Notes: a model not told the origin generated them from the letters alone. 64,000 nucleotides of DNA from Felis catus (GCF_018350175.1 NC_058368.1:80292001-80356000); one strand, 5' to 3'. Shown: positions 48,901 through 58,423, counted from the first letter of the stretch. Made by a program: numbers and translations.

Positions 48901-51900
48901 CCCTGCTGTCCTCTCACGTCTGCCCCTCACTGCAGCTCCCGACGAAGGGATGGCTCCCCGCGTCTGCATGTCCTTGGCTGGACCAGGGGGGCACCTGACC
49001 CCAGCGGCAGAGACAGAATGGAAGCCACCAGGGCACCAGGGACGGTGACCCAGGCCGGCCTGCCGGCTCTCCGCTCCCAGCCTGCGGTATCATCTTTCTG
49101 TCACCGAACGTGCAGCCGGTGTCCCGGGACTCAACCCTGTTCTGACACTAACTGCGGGTCAGCGGGCTAACCTCCTCCAGGGAGTCATTTCTGAATTCCG
49201 GGGCGGTTTGATGGATTTCCTTGTGGTCCCCCATCCTGGCTAGAAGATGAGCCATGTGACACACGAGCATCCCTCTATGGGATCGTCCACCTCACAGGGG
49301 ACACAAGCTCTGTGCAGCCAGGAAGGGTCTCCCTCACCTTCGTGGGCACAAAGCCAGGCGGAGGTCTGACCCCTGGTGGGTCGATACACTCTCGGGGACA
49401 GTTCTGGAAATGGAGATTGAGTCTACCATAGGGGAACATGGCACACCGGCTAAGCTGCCAACACACTGGCCAACCCAGCTGTGCCGAGGGACACGAGGAA
49501 ACACATTTAAAGCCGGAGCCCAAGTTCAGTGCCGCTGGTAAACGCTCTGAGTGGCCCAACTCTTAGAAGAAAAGCCTTATCAAAGAACCCACTCCTCCTT
49601 CAACCAGAAATTCCACTTTGGGAAAAGTATTTAGTGAAACAAGACATTATGGAAAAAAGACATTCACAGTAGCCCTATCTTTAACAGCTATAAACGACGC
49701 AGCCCAGACGGGGAGCTGCTGCATAGCCCCCTGCATGGAATGCTGTCGAGTTGTTAAAAAGGCAAATTGGGGGGCGCCCGGCTGGCTCAGTCAGAGGAGC
49801 GTGCGACTCTTAATCTCAGGGTCGTGACATCGAGCCCCATGTCAGGTGTAGAGATTTCTTAAGTAAAAGTTACAAAAAAAAAAAAAAAAGGCAAGTTGTG
49901 AGAAACAGGGAGATGTGGTTTCTAGAAAATAAGTTTGACTATGGAAGCACTTCAGAGTCCAAAACTAAGAACGGTAAATAAATTATGATACGTCCACGTG
50001 ATGGAATGTTACGAGGCTATTTAAAAATGCTCGAGAATATTTAAGAACGTGAAGAAAATTCTCAAAATACACTAAGTGGAGGAAGCAGACTATAAAACAT
50101 TATAAGCTGGTTTCCTAAAGAAAAAAAATAGCAATACAGTGTTCAGTACATGCATACATCTTCTAAAACAACAGGAATGTCACATGCTCTGTGTAGGCTT
50201 TTGAACAGATTGGACCATTTAACAATGCTTTACAGATCTTTAGAGATAATTGTTAAAGTTGCTAATTATGACAAGCAGAAGAGACAAACCTTTGAAAGTC
50301 GACTTTTAAAAATTTAACTATAATATTTAACTTCAACCCCTCAGTGAAAACCTCCCCCCAAAAAACTTCCCCTAAATACCGTATGAGTTGTAAGTGCCCC
50401 GTTCGCTTCACACATAACAGGTGGGAAAATTCAGCTTCCCATGAGCTCAGTTTCTCTAGCCCAAAGCGGCCCTTGACTTCCCTCTGCACAGGAGGCTGGG
50501 GGGTTGAGGGGCCAGGAAAAGGATGAGGTTCAAGCAGGAGACCGGGACAGAGCGAGACTCGGCATCAAAGGCTTTGGTGACCAGAATCGAACAGGCCTCT
50601 TTTACCAGGACAGGGATTCCTCTGAGAACCTGTCAGCACATCCTCGCTGGGTCACACACGGACAGTGAGACATAAAACACACGTGTGCAACAGCCACGGC
50701 ACTGCCACGCAGGGATCAGAACACTCACACGATCAACATGGTCGTCGTCAACGCTTACCTCACTGGCTCTTTTGATGATTTTATCATCCACGTCCGTGAT
50801 TCCCATCACCATGATGATGTTGCATCCGAAAACCCTCGTGAGGATCCTTCGAATGATATCGAATCTAACATATGAGCTGCAAGGAAGTAAGTATTAGGGC
50901 GTCTTTAATGCAGAAAATCGCCGCTGTGATCTTTAAAACGGAGCGCCTTACATTTTAACAGGCTGCCACAGAGCAGTCGGGTGTGTGACAGAACGGACAG
51001 CTCACGTGCAGCTAGGAGAAGGGCCCAAGCGGGTCCTCGCGAGAAACTAACAAAGGCATCCCCTCAATGTCAGGTGCAGTATTAGCACTTTTAACGTTGG
51101 AGCTGGTAAGTGCGCTTACATCCATTGGATTGTATAAAAATTCACCGCTGATACAATGGCACTAGGTGGTTAAAATACAGAGAGCTGCTACCATCCCAGT
51201 TCATGTTCTAGAGTAACTGTAATGTTTCGCTATGGCAAAACAGCAGGAACAACAAATCGAGGCAAGTACAATGAAAGCTGTACGATGTCACTCCTAAAGA
51301 ACGTGTAAAACTATCATAGAATATGAACACATTGGCTTATCCGTGGGCTACACTGGGGCAACTCAAACTTATAAAACCAAAAGGGTTCAAGAGCCATTTA
51401 AAATGTCAAGAATCTGGAGGTGCCCGGTGGCTCAGTCAGTTGAATGTCCAACTCTTGATTTGGGCTCAGGTCATGATGTCACATTTTGGGAGTTCAAGCC
51501 CCGCGTCAGGCTCTGTGCTGACAGCATGGAGCCTGCTTGAGATTCTCTCTCTCTCCCCCCCCTCTGCCCCTCCCTAGCTTGCGCTCGTGAGCTCTCTCTC
51601 TCTCTCAAAAAAATATATAAACATAAAAAAAATTTTAAATGTCAAGAATCTGGCTTCACACTCTGGAAAACAGTATGGCATTTCCTCAAAAAAATGAAAA
51701 TAGAACTACCTTATGACCCAGCAATTGCACTACTAGGTATTTACCCAAGGGTTACAGGAGTCCTGTTTTGAAGGGACACATGCACCCCATGTTTATAGCA
51801 GCACTATCAACAATAGCCAAAGTATGGAAAGAGCCCAAATGTCCATCGATGGATGAATGGATAAAGAAGATGTGGTATATATATACAATGGAGTATTACT

Positions 51901-54900
51901 CAGCAATCAAAATGAATGGAAATCTTGCCATTTGCAACTACGTGGATGGAACTGGATGGCATTATGATAAGTGAAATTGGTCAAAGACAGTATCATATGA
52001 CTTCACTCACATGTGGAATTTAAGATATAAAACAGATGAACATGGGGAAAGGGAAGGAAAAATAAGATAAAGACAGGGAGGGGGACAAAACATAAGAAAC
52101 TCTTAAATTCACAGGCGCCTGGGTGGCTCAGTCAGTTGAACGTCTGACTTTGGGTCAGGTCACGATCTCATGGATTGTGGGTTTCAGCCCCGTGTCGGGC
52201 TCTGTGCTGACAGCTCAGAGCCTGGAACCTGCTTCGGATTCTGTGTCTCTCTCTTTCTGCCCCTCCCCCCAGCTCACACTCAGTCTCTCTCTCAAAAATA
52301 AACATTAAAAAAATAGAGAGAGAGAGACACTTAAATACAGAGAACAAACTGAGGGTTGCTGGAGGGGAGGTGGGTAGGGGGACGGGCTAAATGGGTAAGG
52401 GGCATTCAGGAAGACACATGCTGGGATGAGCACTGGGTGTTATAAGTAGGGGATGAATCACTGGAATCTACTCCTGAAATCATTATTGCACTAAACGCCA
52501 ACTAACTTGGATATAAATTGCAAAAAGAATCTGGCTTCTCATAAAAGCAACCTTAACGCTCAAGGTCAGGTAGTCTCACGCTCATCTGTCATCCGCACAA
52601 CCTCTCTAAGTTCCGAACATCCTTTTCCCTCGAAGACGAGCCCTGTTATCACACCCCTTTGGCTTGCCACACCCCCACTCCCCGAACGCAGCTTGGGTGA
52701 CAAAGCGATGTCAGAAACTCCTTGCCAAGATATTTAATCATTTGAAGGCTTGAACTGCTTACTCAGAAACTGGGCAAAATCCCACCACCCCATGGGGTTG
52801 TTGGACGTGATCCTGAGGCCTATGCAGCACGAGTTCCTACAGGCGTCACCATGCCCTTCCTGCGGCTTGAGCAGGGAAAGACCCTACAAGCAGTGAGATT
52901 TCAGAGAAAAAGTAAGAAGCACAAAGTAAAAAGGGTCACATGCTTGGCCCTGAGGAGTTTAAGGGCTTCATGGCACTGAGGCCACAGGTGCATGACTCCC
53001 CCAGGGGCCACTCCATGTCCACGATGTCAGCCCCTTCCCGGCATGTCCCCGTCTGTAGCTGGGGGATCACAGCACCATCATCCGGTGCCGTTAGGGCGTT
53101 ACAGTGGCTGGTGTTTGCAGAGCATTTAGAGCAGAGCCTGGCACACAGCAAGAGCAGGTGTTGTGTCTGTTAACTACACGTCTTTCTTTCTTTTTCAAGT
53201 AAGCTCTACACCCAAGGTGGGGCTTGAACTCACAACCCCGAGATCAAGAGTCGCAAACACATACTGACTGAGCCAGCCAGGTGCCCGGTACATGTCTTTT
53301 TCAGTAGAGGCCAGTGTGGCTACCTGGGGAGGAAGGTGGGGAGACGTTAGCCTGGACGGTAAGTCAGGACAGGCTTATAGAACTGCAGAGACGACCTCAG
53401 GACTTCGAACTTTACCTTAGGGGCAGTGGAGCCAGGCCTGCCCCTCCCTGCCTGTACAACCTCATATCTTGTAGTTCTTAGATTTTCCACCCCCAGGGAC
53501 ATCCTGAAGGACTCCTGAAGAATGGGTTCTATCTCCCAGCCCAGCCTTCCCTAGCGGTTATCCTTGAGGGGAGTGGGGGGGGGGGGGGCGAGACTGACGA
53601 ATGGGGCGCTGGGGAGGCTTCTAGGCTTTTGGTAACGTCTCCCTCTAAGAGCCATGAACACTTCATTCCGCTGTACGCTTAACATTTGTACTCTTTTCTG
53701 TATTTGTAAGGGCAAGTACTAATTATAATCAAGAGGCTTGGTTCTCCTAGCTGAAAATAAGGAAACAGGCTCTCCCCCCACCGCCCCTTTCTTTGAGAAA
53801 TTCCTCAGTCCTTCTAAAATGGATGTAAGGAGCACCTGGGTGGGTCGGTTGGTCGAGCACCTGACTCTTCATTTGGGTTCAGGTCATGATCCCAAGGTGG
53901 TGGGATTGAGCCCCGTACCAGGGTCTGCGCTGAGTGTGGAGACTGCTTAAGATTCTGTCCCTCCCTCTGCCCACTCCCAGGCACACATGTGTTCTCTAAA
54001 ATTAAAAAAAAAAAAAAAAAAAAAAAAGGTTTGTTTTAATTTTTATGAAATATTTTATGTAGATGGTTTTAATGGCTAAGGAAGCCTCTGTTGAGTCCCA
54101 CGACCAGAAAACTCTCAAGGACCCGAGAGCCACCTTTTTTTTTTTTTTAAAGTTTCAGATATTATTTTTTTTTAAATGTTTCCTTTTTTTTTTGAGAGAG
54201 CGTGCATGAGCAGGGGAGGGGCAGAGAGAGGGGCAGAAGATCTGAAATGGGCTCCATGCTGACAGCAGTGAGCCTGATGTGGGGCTTGAACTCACAAACT
54301 GCAAGATCTTGACCTGAGCCAAAGTCGGACGCTCAACTGACTGAACCACCCAGGCGCTCTGAGTTTCAGGTATTTATTAATCAGTGTAAACCCCAACACG
54401 ACACACTAACGTGATCTCGTGCATGCAGAGGGGAGAGGTCTCCTGGGCAAGTGGAAAATTGTGCGGATGGCTTCTAGAAGACCTTCAGTCTAAGCAGCTT
54501 TATAGTGAAACATTTCCTGTCTTCAGTTTGTGGCATCAACGCTCAGTAAACAGAACTTGTATTGATCACTGGGACCCCGTTTGTTTGCTAACATCCATCA
54601 GAGCTAAGAGCCACCCTTCTGAAATAAAACCATCAAGGAAGGAAGGGGGACGGGCCGGACGTGTCATCTGACTGCACGTCACAAACCCCACCTGATCTCA
54701 CAAGTGTCACCCACCTGGCTCTATGAGATTGAGAGTTCTGTCTTTGCAATCCTGTTAGCGGGCTGCCTGTGACCACGTCCCGTTCTGATTTAATGTTACT
54801 CAACAATAAACTTTGCTTTCTCTTCTGCCTTTGTGGAGAGGTTTTTCCAGGTTGGGAAGAGTTCTTGTTTTTTAATACTTCCCCAACATATTTCATACTC

Positions 54901-56295
54901 CAATAAAGAGGTCAAGATATGCTTTTTACAAGTAACGCTGTTAGCCCACAGTGAAGGAAGAAAGGATTCCTACACCACTGATGTTAACAAAACACAAAAA
55001 ATGCTCCAAACTTCCTGGGTGATACATGATTTTCTAAAAAGTGTAACGAGTACAGGTAGCTTTCCACTTTTAGTCTAGGTCTGAAACACAACAAGTTTAA
55101 AACACGAATGAGAGAACATAGAAAGTATTAGGAAAAGTGCAATTCTGACAAAGGTAGGCAGGAGTGGTTAGCTCCAGGATGGTTAGCAGGTTGAGAAAGC
55201 GAGTACCTGGGAGATCAGAGACACCAGGCTCCAGGCTTCCTGAATGTGTGACCTCGGGGAAGTTCCTCACACTAACTGTGAAGTCCCCACCACGCGTCAC
55301 ACTTCAGGCACTCTGCAAGCAGCACTGTATGGGCGTTATTTCAAAAAATTGTGCAGGTTGAAAAAAGACGGATACAATTATCGTCCCCATCGCAAAGATA
55401 AAGAAAGCAGGACTCAAGGTAATAAAGTGGCTTGTCCAAAGTTGGAAAGAAGATAGTGGGGCCAGAAATAACTCACCAGCTGACTCCTAACCCCTGGAAT
55501 GGCCTTATCGCATTAAACATCTAATTCCAAAACAGGTCATTTATCACTGCTCCTCATTGCCTCCCTCAGTTTCCTCACCTGTGAAATGGGCATGAGCGCT
55601 TAGAACTACTACAAGAACGAAATGAGAGACTGTTAACAGGTGTGCTTCCCACAGCACCAGGACTATATTCGGTATTAAGCTGCCACTTGAGAAATGGAAA
55701 AAACCTGCAAAAGGCTCTTTCTTTACAAAATAAATGGTCGCTTGAAGCGTGAAAAATCAAACTGGGGTCACTCACCAAGCATGGCCAAGGTGTGCATGAT
55801 CATAGACAGTTGGTCCACAGCTATACCTAGGAACACAGTTACAATCCATCACGTGAATCATACTTGCAAGAAAGGACACCACATTCTCAGGGTATCATAG
55901 AACCACGTTTGGGGGATTCCCAGCCCAAGCCTGTCAAGTACCCGTGACTACAGCACAGTGTCTCCAATTGTGCCGCCACGCACTTGTCACTTACTGAATG
56001 CTTTCAACCTGAGAACCTTCCGACGCACAGTCCTTCCCGCCCCTGGTCCCCAGCACCCCGGTCCCCCAGGTCCCGGCGGCTACCAGGAGGCGGCGTCCGC
56101 GCTGCCCACGATCAAGGGGTCCTTCCTCCGGGTAAGGCTGTTGTACACCTTGACGCCCGTGTCGTGGCCCGCCGGCTGCAGCCAGCCCTGCCCGCGCGTC
56201 CCCGACGCCGCCCGCCCCGGACCGGGCCAGGCCCCCAGGCCCAGCGCCGCCCGCAGAAGCTGGGGCCCCACGCTCGCCCCGCACGCTCGCAGCAT
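11572..56295 (-). CDS. CARS2: CARS2, mitochondrial cysteine--tRNA ligase; complete, 15 coding exons, 1671 nt / 556 aa
   Basis: Spliced translation has an Arg/Ala/Leu-rich N-terminal presequence, [15 protein letters not shown] (HIGH motif), [52 protein letters not shown] and ALADDFDTP. Exon sizes 212/51/118/72/106/84/130/134/68/67/139/124/99/207/60 sum to 1671 with consistent phases. Confidence 0.98.
11909..12115 (-). CDS. CARS2: CARS2 exon 14 (207 bp)
   Basis: tatag|TTT...AAG|gtgagc; [32 protein letters not shown]...[20 protein letters not shown]. Confidence 0.94.
13346..13444 (-). CDS. CARS2: CARS2 exon 13 (99 bp)
   Basis: ccccag|GAG...CAG|gtacac; [33 protein letters not shown]. Confidence 0.93.
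13655..13790 (+). mobile_element. MaLR LTR fragment (MLT1A/MST-like)
   Basis: ggtctgaatgcttgtgtcccccaaagttggatgttgaaacctaatccccggtgtgatg. Confidence 0.6.
14119..14242 (-). CDS. CARS2: CARS2 exon 12 (124 bp)
   Basis: tctctccaag|G CTC...AAG|gtagcc; [41 protein letters not shown]. Confidence 0.93.
16001..16139 (-). CDS. CARS2: CARS2 exon 11 (139 bp)
   Basis: ctccgcag|CC GTG...GAG AG|gtaggt; [45 protein letters not shown]. Confidence 0.94.
16684..16750 (-). CDS. CARS2: CARS2 exon 10 (67 bp)
   Basis: ctgccag|GAC...TCA G|gtgagg; [22 protein letters not shown]. Confidence 0.94.
17222..17433 (-). mobile_element. SINEC_Fc
   Basis: Can-SINE body and tail on -. Confidence 0.88.
18866..19056 (-). mobile_element. 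Can-SINE
   Basis: Ends ...gagccacccaggtgcccc. Confidence 0.85.
19226..19625 (+). mobile_element. L1 ORF2 C-terminal fragment
   Basis: gaatgggagaaaacatttgcaaac...aaaaatgggcaaaagacatgaatagacacttctcc...gaaatgcaaatcaaaaccac. Confidence 0.85.
19640..19845 (+). mobile_element. Can-SINE
   Basis: ggtggctcagtcagttgagtgtctgactcttgg...aaaataaataaa. Confidence 0.88.
20684..21137 (+). mobile_element. Two tandem SINEC_Fc copies (second starts in the A-tail of the first, ~20891)
   Basis: Two consecutive head/body/A-tail units. Confidence 0.9.
21330..22180 (+). mobile_element. Ancient L1 3'-UTR remnants (L1MC-like with a nested L1MA/MB-like piece), GC-shifted
   Basis: Recognisable 3'-end skeleton (...gatgaa...cacgaccgcgctgtac...ggttacgacggg...accac); family assignment from memory. 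Confidence 0.5.
23214..23281 (-). CDS. CARS2: CARS2 exon 9 (68 bp; KMSKS motif)
   Basis: tgtttcag|GG CAT...AAG|gtaacc; [22 protein letters not shown]. Confidence 0.96.
23707..23806 (+). repeat. Compound (GAGT/GT)n microsatellite
   Basis: gagtgtgtgagtgagtgtgagtgtgt...(gt)n. Confidence 0.95.
24084..24416. mobile_element. Short + strand Can-SINE followed tail-to-tail by a - strand Can-SINE
   Basis: ggggcacctggctgactcag at 24084; - copy ends ...gccacccaggcccccc near 24416. Confidence 0.8.
25628..25761 (-). CDS. CARS2: CARS2 exon 8 (134 bp)
   Basis: cctgcag|C TTG...TCT G|gtaagt; [44 protein letters not shown]. Confidence 0.96.
26008..26227 (-). mobile_element. SINEC_Fc
   Basis: Full-length Can-SINE on -. 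Confidence 0.9.
27103..27195 (+). mobile_element. Short Can-SINE
   Basis: ggggtgccgggctggctc...gttgtgagttcaagccccacgttggg...ttacttaaaaa. Confidence 0.75.
27878..28108 (-). mobile_element. SINEC_Fc
   Basis: TSD tatgtttct. Confidence 0.9.
28649..28878 (+). mobile_element. SINEC_Fc nested in Tigger1
   Basis: TSD gaaaatgcaaacca (28635 and 28879). Confidence 0.93.
29776..29998 (+). mobile_element. SINEC_Fc nested in Tigger1
   Basis: TSD aaaagt(c/a)atcttt. Confidence 0.92.
30840..31036 (+). mobile_element. SINEC_Fc nested in Tigger1
   Basis: ggggcgcttgggtggctcag...aaacgttaaaaaa. Confidence 0.9.
31523..31564 (+). repeat. (CA)n microsatellite
   Basis: About 21 perfect CA units. Confidence 0.95.
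31818..32013 (+). mobile_element. Can-SINE
   Basis: ggggcacctgagtggctcag...A-tail. Confidence 0.88.
34716..34877 (-). mobile_element. Can-SINE nested in the L1
   Basis: TSD actcatttca. Confidence 0.85.
35436..35649 (+). mobile_element. Young SINEC_Fc nested in the L1
   Basis: CpG-intact; TSD ttgaataacatgctatt. Confidence 0.95.
38349..38478 (-). CDS. CARS2: CARS2 exon 7 (130 bp)
   Basis: ttggcag|TT GAT...TCA AG|gtaagg; [42 protein letters not shown]. Confidence 0.96.
39030..39690 (+). mobile_element. Old L1 (L1MC-like) 3' end
   Basis: gtggaatattactc...aaaaagaaatgagctatcaagccatgaa...gagtgaaccctgatgtaaaccatgg...aaaaataaagtctat. Confidence 0.75.
40008..40207 (-). mobile_element. Can-SINE
   Basis: TSD taaaattatttt. 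Confidence 0.88.
40570..40635 (+). repeat. G-rich minisatellite, ~21-22 bp x3 (gctgagcacaggggaggggga)
   Basis: Three tandem copies directly adjacent to the CARS2 exon 6 donor. Confidence 0.85.
40645..40728 (-). CDS. CARS2: CARS2 exon 6 (84 bp)
   Basis: aaaacag|GC AAC...CCA G|gtgggt; [27 protein letters not shown]. Confidence 0.95.
42428..42458 (+). repeat. (AC)n microsatellite
   Basis: About 15 perfect units. Confidence 0.95.
42951..43199 (-). mobile_element. Young SINEC_Fc with a (TAAA)n-expanded tail
   Basis: TSD cacggaaaatacttt (42936 and 43202). Confidence 0.94.
43408..43513 (-). CDS. CARS2: CARS2 exon 5 (106 bp)
   Basis: ccgtcag|GTT...CAA G|gtaggg; [35 protein letters not shown]. Confidence 0.96.
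43631..43702 (-). CDS. CARS2: CARS2 exon 4 (72 bp)
   Basis: ctctgcag|ATG...AAG|gtaaag; [24 protein letters not shown]. Confidence 0.95.
45413..45617 (+). mobile_element. SINEC_Fc inside an old antisense L1 remnant (~45240-46350)
   Basis: Full Can-SINE; degenerate TSD t(a/g)tatttctc(c/a)atc. Confidence 0.88.
46378..46913 (+). repeat. Complex CA/TG-rich minisatellite (units such as gcagctgcacacatgcatgcac)
   Basis: About 535 bp of near-alternating purine/pyrimidine; source of the six spurious HT/CV-rich ORFs. Confidence 0.93.
47893..48152 (-). mobile_element. Can-SINE with expanded GA/G-rich middle
   Basis: Can-SINE body on -. Confidence 0.88.
49769..49890 (+). mobile_element. Short Can-SINE within an old L1 3' remnant (~49560-50160)
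   Basis: TSD aaaaaggcaa(a/g)ttg. Confidence 0.8.
50759..50876 (-). CDS. CARS2: CARS2 exon 3 (118 bp; KIIK motif)
   Basis: ccttgcag|C TCA...GAG|gtaagc; [39 protein letters not shown]. Confidence 0.96.
51416..51636 (+). mobile_element. Can-SINE
   Basis: TSD aaatgtcaagaatct (51401 and 51637). Confidence 0.9.
51658..52524 (+). mobile_element. 5'-truncated carnivore L1 3' end with a nested SINEC_Fc (~52113-52325)
   Basis: TSD aagaatctggcttc (51644 and 52525); cccagcaattgcactactagg...gaatggataaagaagatgtgg. Confidence 0.9.
53184..53287 (-). mobile_element. Short Can-SINE
   Basis: TSD taca(c/t)gtcttt. Confidence 0.8.
53828..54028 (+). mobile_element. Can-SINE
   Basis: ggagcacctgggtgggtcgg...long A-tail. 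Confidence 0.88.
54160..54360 (-). mobile_element. Can-SINE
   Basis: TSD agtttcag; ends ...accacccaggcgctct. Confidence 0.88.
55170..55690. mobile_element. MIR remnants
   Basis: tgtgtgacctcggggaagtt; aaagtggcttgtccaaagtt; cctcagtttcctcacctgtgaaatgggg. Confidence 0.6.
55776..55826 (-). CDS. CARS2: CARS2 exon 2 (51 bp; HLGH motif)
   Basis: ttcctag|G TAT...GCT TG|gtgagt; [16 protein letters not shown]. Confidence 0.96.
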
Positions 56296-56850
56296 GGCCT
56301 GCAGGCGCGCGGCTCGGAGCCTGGGGACCTGCGGCCGCGGGACAGGCTCGCCACGCCCACTCCGGGAGGGACTCGCACTGGGGCCGCCCACCCGGAAGAG
56401 GGCCTCCAGATACCGCCTACCCCGGAAAAGGCTTTCCGTGACCTGTCCAACCCAGAACGGCGGACACCCAGGCCCCGCCCAACCCGGAAGAGGATCTGAC
56501 CACGCCACGCCCATCCCGGAAGGGGTCTCAGCCCTGCCCGCCCATTCCGGAAGATGACCTGCCTCGGCCTTGTCAACCCCCGAAGAAGGGGTCGGGAAGC
56601 GGCCGCGGCGCCTCCCACAGGCCTGTGTGGCGCCTGCTGTGGCGCTGGGGGCGGGGCGCGGCGCGGGCGCGAGAGGAGGTAGGAAGAGGCGCTCCTTCGC
56701 GTCCAGAGGAGAGGGCCCTTCTCCCTGGAGCCCGTCGTGTGGGCTGTGCGCTGACGAATTAGGGCCGCTGCCCACCTCCCGCCCGTGCCGGAGTTCACCG
56801 TGCGGGCACCCGCCTCCGGCTTCTCGCCGGTTCAGGAAGCACGTCTCACC
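56020..56850. promoter_or_regulatory. CARS2: CARS2 CpG-island promoter with repeated GC-box and ETS/GABP (CCGGAAG) motifs
   Basis: Very GC- and CpG-rich stretch around exon 1; CCGGAA at 56392, 56422, 56484, 56516 and 56547. Confidence 0.85.
56084..56295 (-). CDS. CARS2: CARS2 exon 1 (coding part; mitochondrial targeting peptide)
   Basis: gccATG CTG CGA...TCC TG|gtagcc; [21 protein letters not shown]...[34 protein letters not shown](W). Confidence 0.94.
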
Positions 56851-57082
56851 CCAACACAACACGCAGCACATCAGCACCCCAACGCAGCACGTCTGCACCC
56901 CAACACAGCACGTTTGTGCCCCAGCGCACACACAGCAAACACATCACCCCAACACAGCAACGTATGATCCCAATGTGCACAAGGCACGTGTGCACCCCAG
57001 CACAGCATATTGATACCCCAAGACGCACACAGCACGTCTCCACTTAACAGCACAAGGCACACTTGCACCCCAAGACAGCATT
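56848..57082 (+). repeat. Degenerate ~21-bp minisatellite (ccccaacacagcacgtctgca)
   Basis: Roughly ten imperfect units just upstream of the CARS2 promoter. Confidence 0.8.
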
Positions 57083-58423
57083 CTGTCTCCGGATGCAAGA
57101 CCAAAGCTTGGAAACCGCCCCATTCATCAAGTGCCAGTAGTGGGAAGTGTCTACTTGGGATTCATTAAGGTTAAACATTCTATATCATCTCCTCTCGAGA
57201 ACAAAAACAATCTGAATTGCGGTTTCAGTGGGACTTTTAAAAGGCGGATTCATTTGAAGTCGCTTTCATATTGTCTTGACAAAAGTACCCTTACTGATGT
57301 CTTGCAAAACAATGTCTCAAAAAAGAGAAAGAGAAAGGAAAGAAATCCCCTTTGTTTTTACATTCCTCAAAACCGCACAGAGGTCCCTAAGTTTTTTTTT
57401 TTTTCTTTTCTTTCCTTTTTTTGGTTTGTTTTGGTCATTCAGTTGAAAGGAAAATTCTTAACCAGAGACAAAATGGTATGTTCCTTATTTTTTTCTTTCT
57501 TTCAAGATCCCTGAAGTCTAATTCTGCAATTCTGCTTCAAGCTAAATTGTAGTCCAACATCAACTCTGTTCTAATGCATAGTGCTGAAGCGTTAGAACCT
57601 GTGGTTGAGAATTAGGCGACTTCTCCCTCAGTGCTAAGCACAGGCTCCCTGACTCCTCAAAGTCCTACTGGCACGTTATCCCTCCCTTGCTCTCTGCATC
57701 CCTATTTTGGTTCCTTTGTTACTGTCTCCTATTTGTAGTACAATGTGTATATTTTTCTGAGTACTTGAGATTGTAAATTTTTTTGAACTCTCTCACTGTA
57801 AGCAGATTAAATTCGGCAAAGGGTTGCTGAATTACTCTGTGAAATCCACCTGTTGTGCCTGTGGGAGGAAATCTGGGCAGTAAAATATCTGCTAGGGAAA
57901 GCTCTGGTCCAGATATTAGATGTGCCGGTAAAAGAGGAAAATGAACAAAAGGCAATCTGTGACAACACACAGAATTCACGGGAAAGGCTAGAAGTTTTGA
58001 AAACAGATTTAGTGACACTGAAGACCAAATCCTGCACCTGAATCTGTATAGCTGGCATGTTTGAATTGGCCATAGAAAAGCCATGACTTTGAAATGAACA
58101 ATGAGATCTTCTGTCTTCAGAAAACCGGTCGTGTAATATGTTCAGCCCTAACTGGCAGCAATTCTATTTTTTCTTAAGTCTTCCGGAAATCATCAAAACT
58201 ATGATAAGCATAACCCTCTATTTAATGATACAGAATAATTAAAATATGATTAATTATGAATAATTAAAATACAACTCCTTTTGCAGGTTGAATATTCAGG
58301 TATAGTAAAAATGACTGGGAAGATTAGCAAATATATTCCCAAAAAAGAGAATCCTGTTAATTTGGAGGGACTCGTCCTCACGCTGGGTCAGAACAAAGAA
58401 GTATCTTAGAATTAATGATTTCA

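Noticed and set aside
57719..58084. ORFs in the unique AT-rich CARS2-ING1 spacer (e.g. ...VKEENEQKAICDNTQNSRERLEVLK...)
   Set aside because: No recognisable homology or splice signals, and the + ORF lacks an ATG; would need BLASTX or PhyloCSF support.
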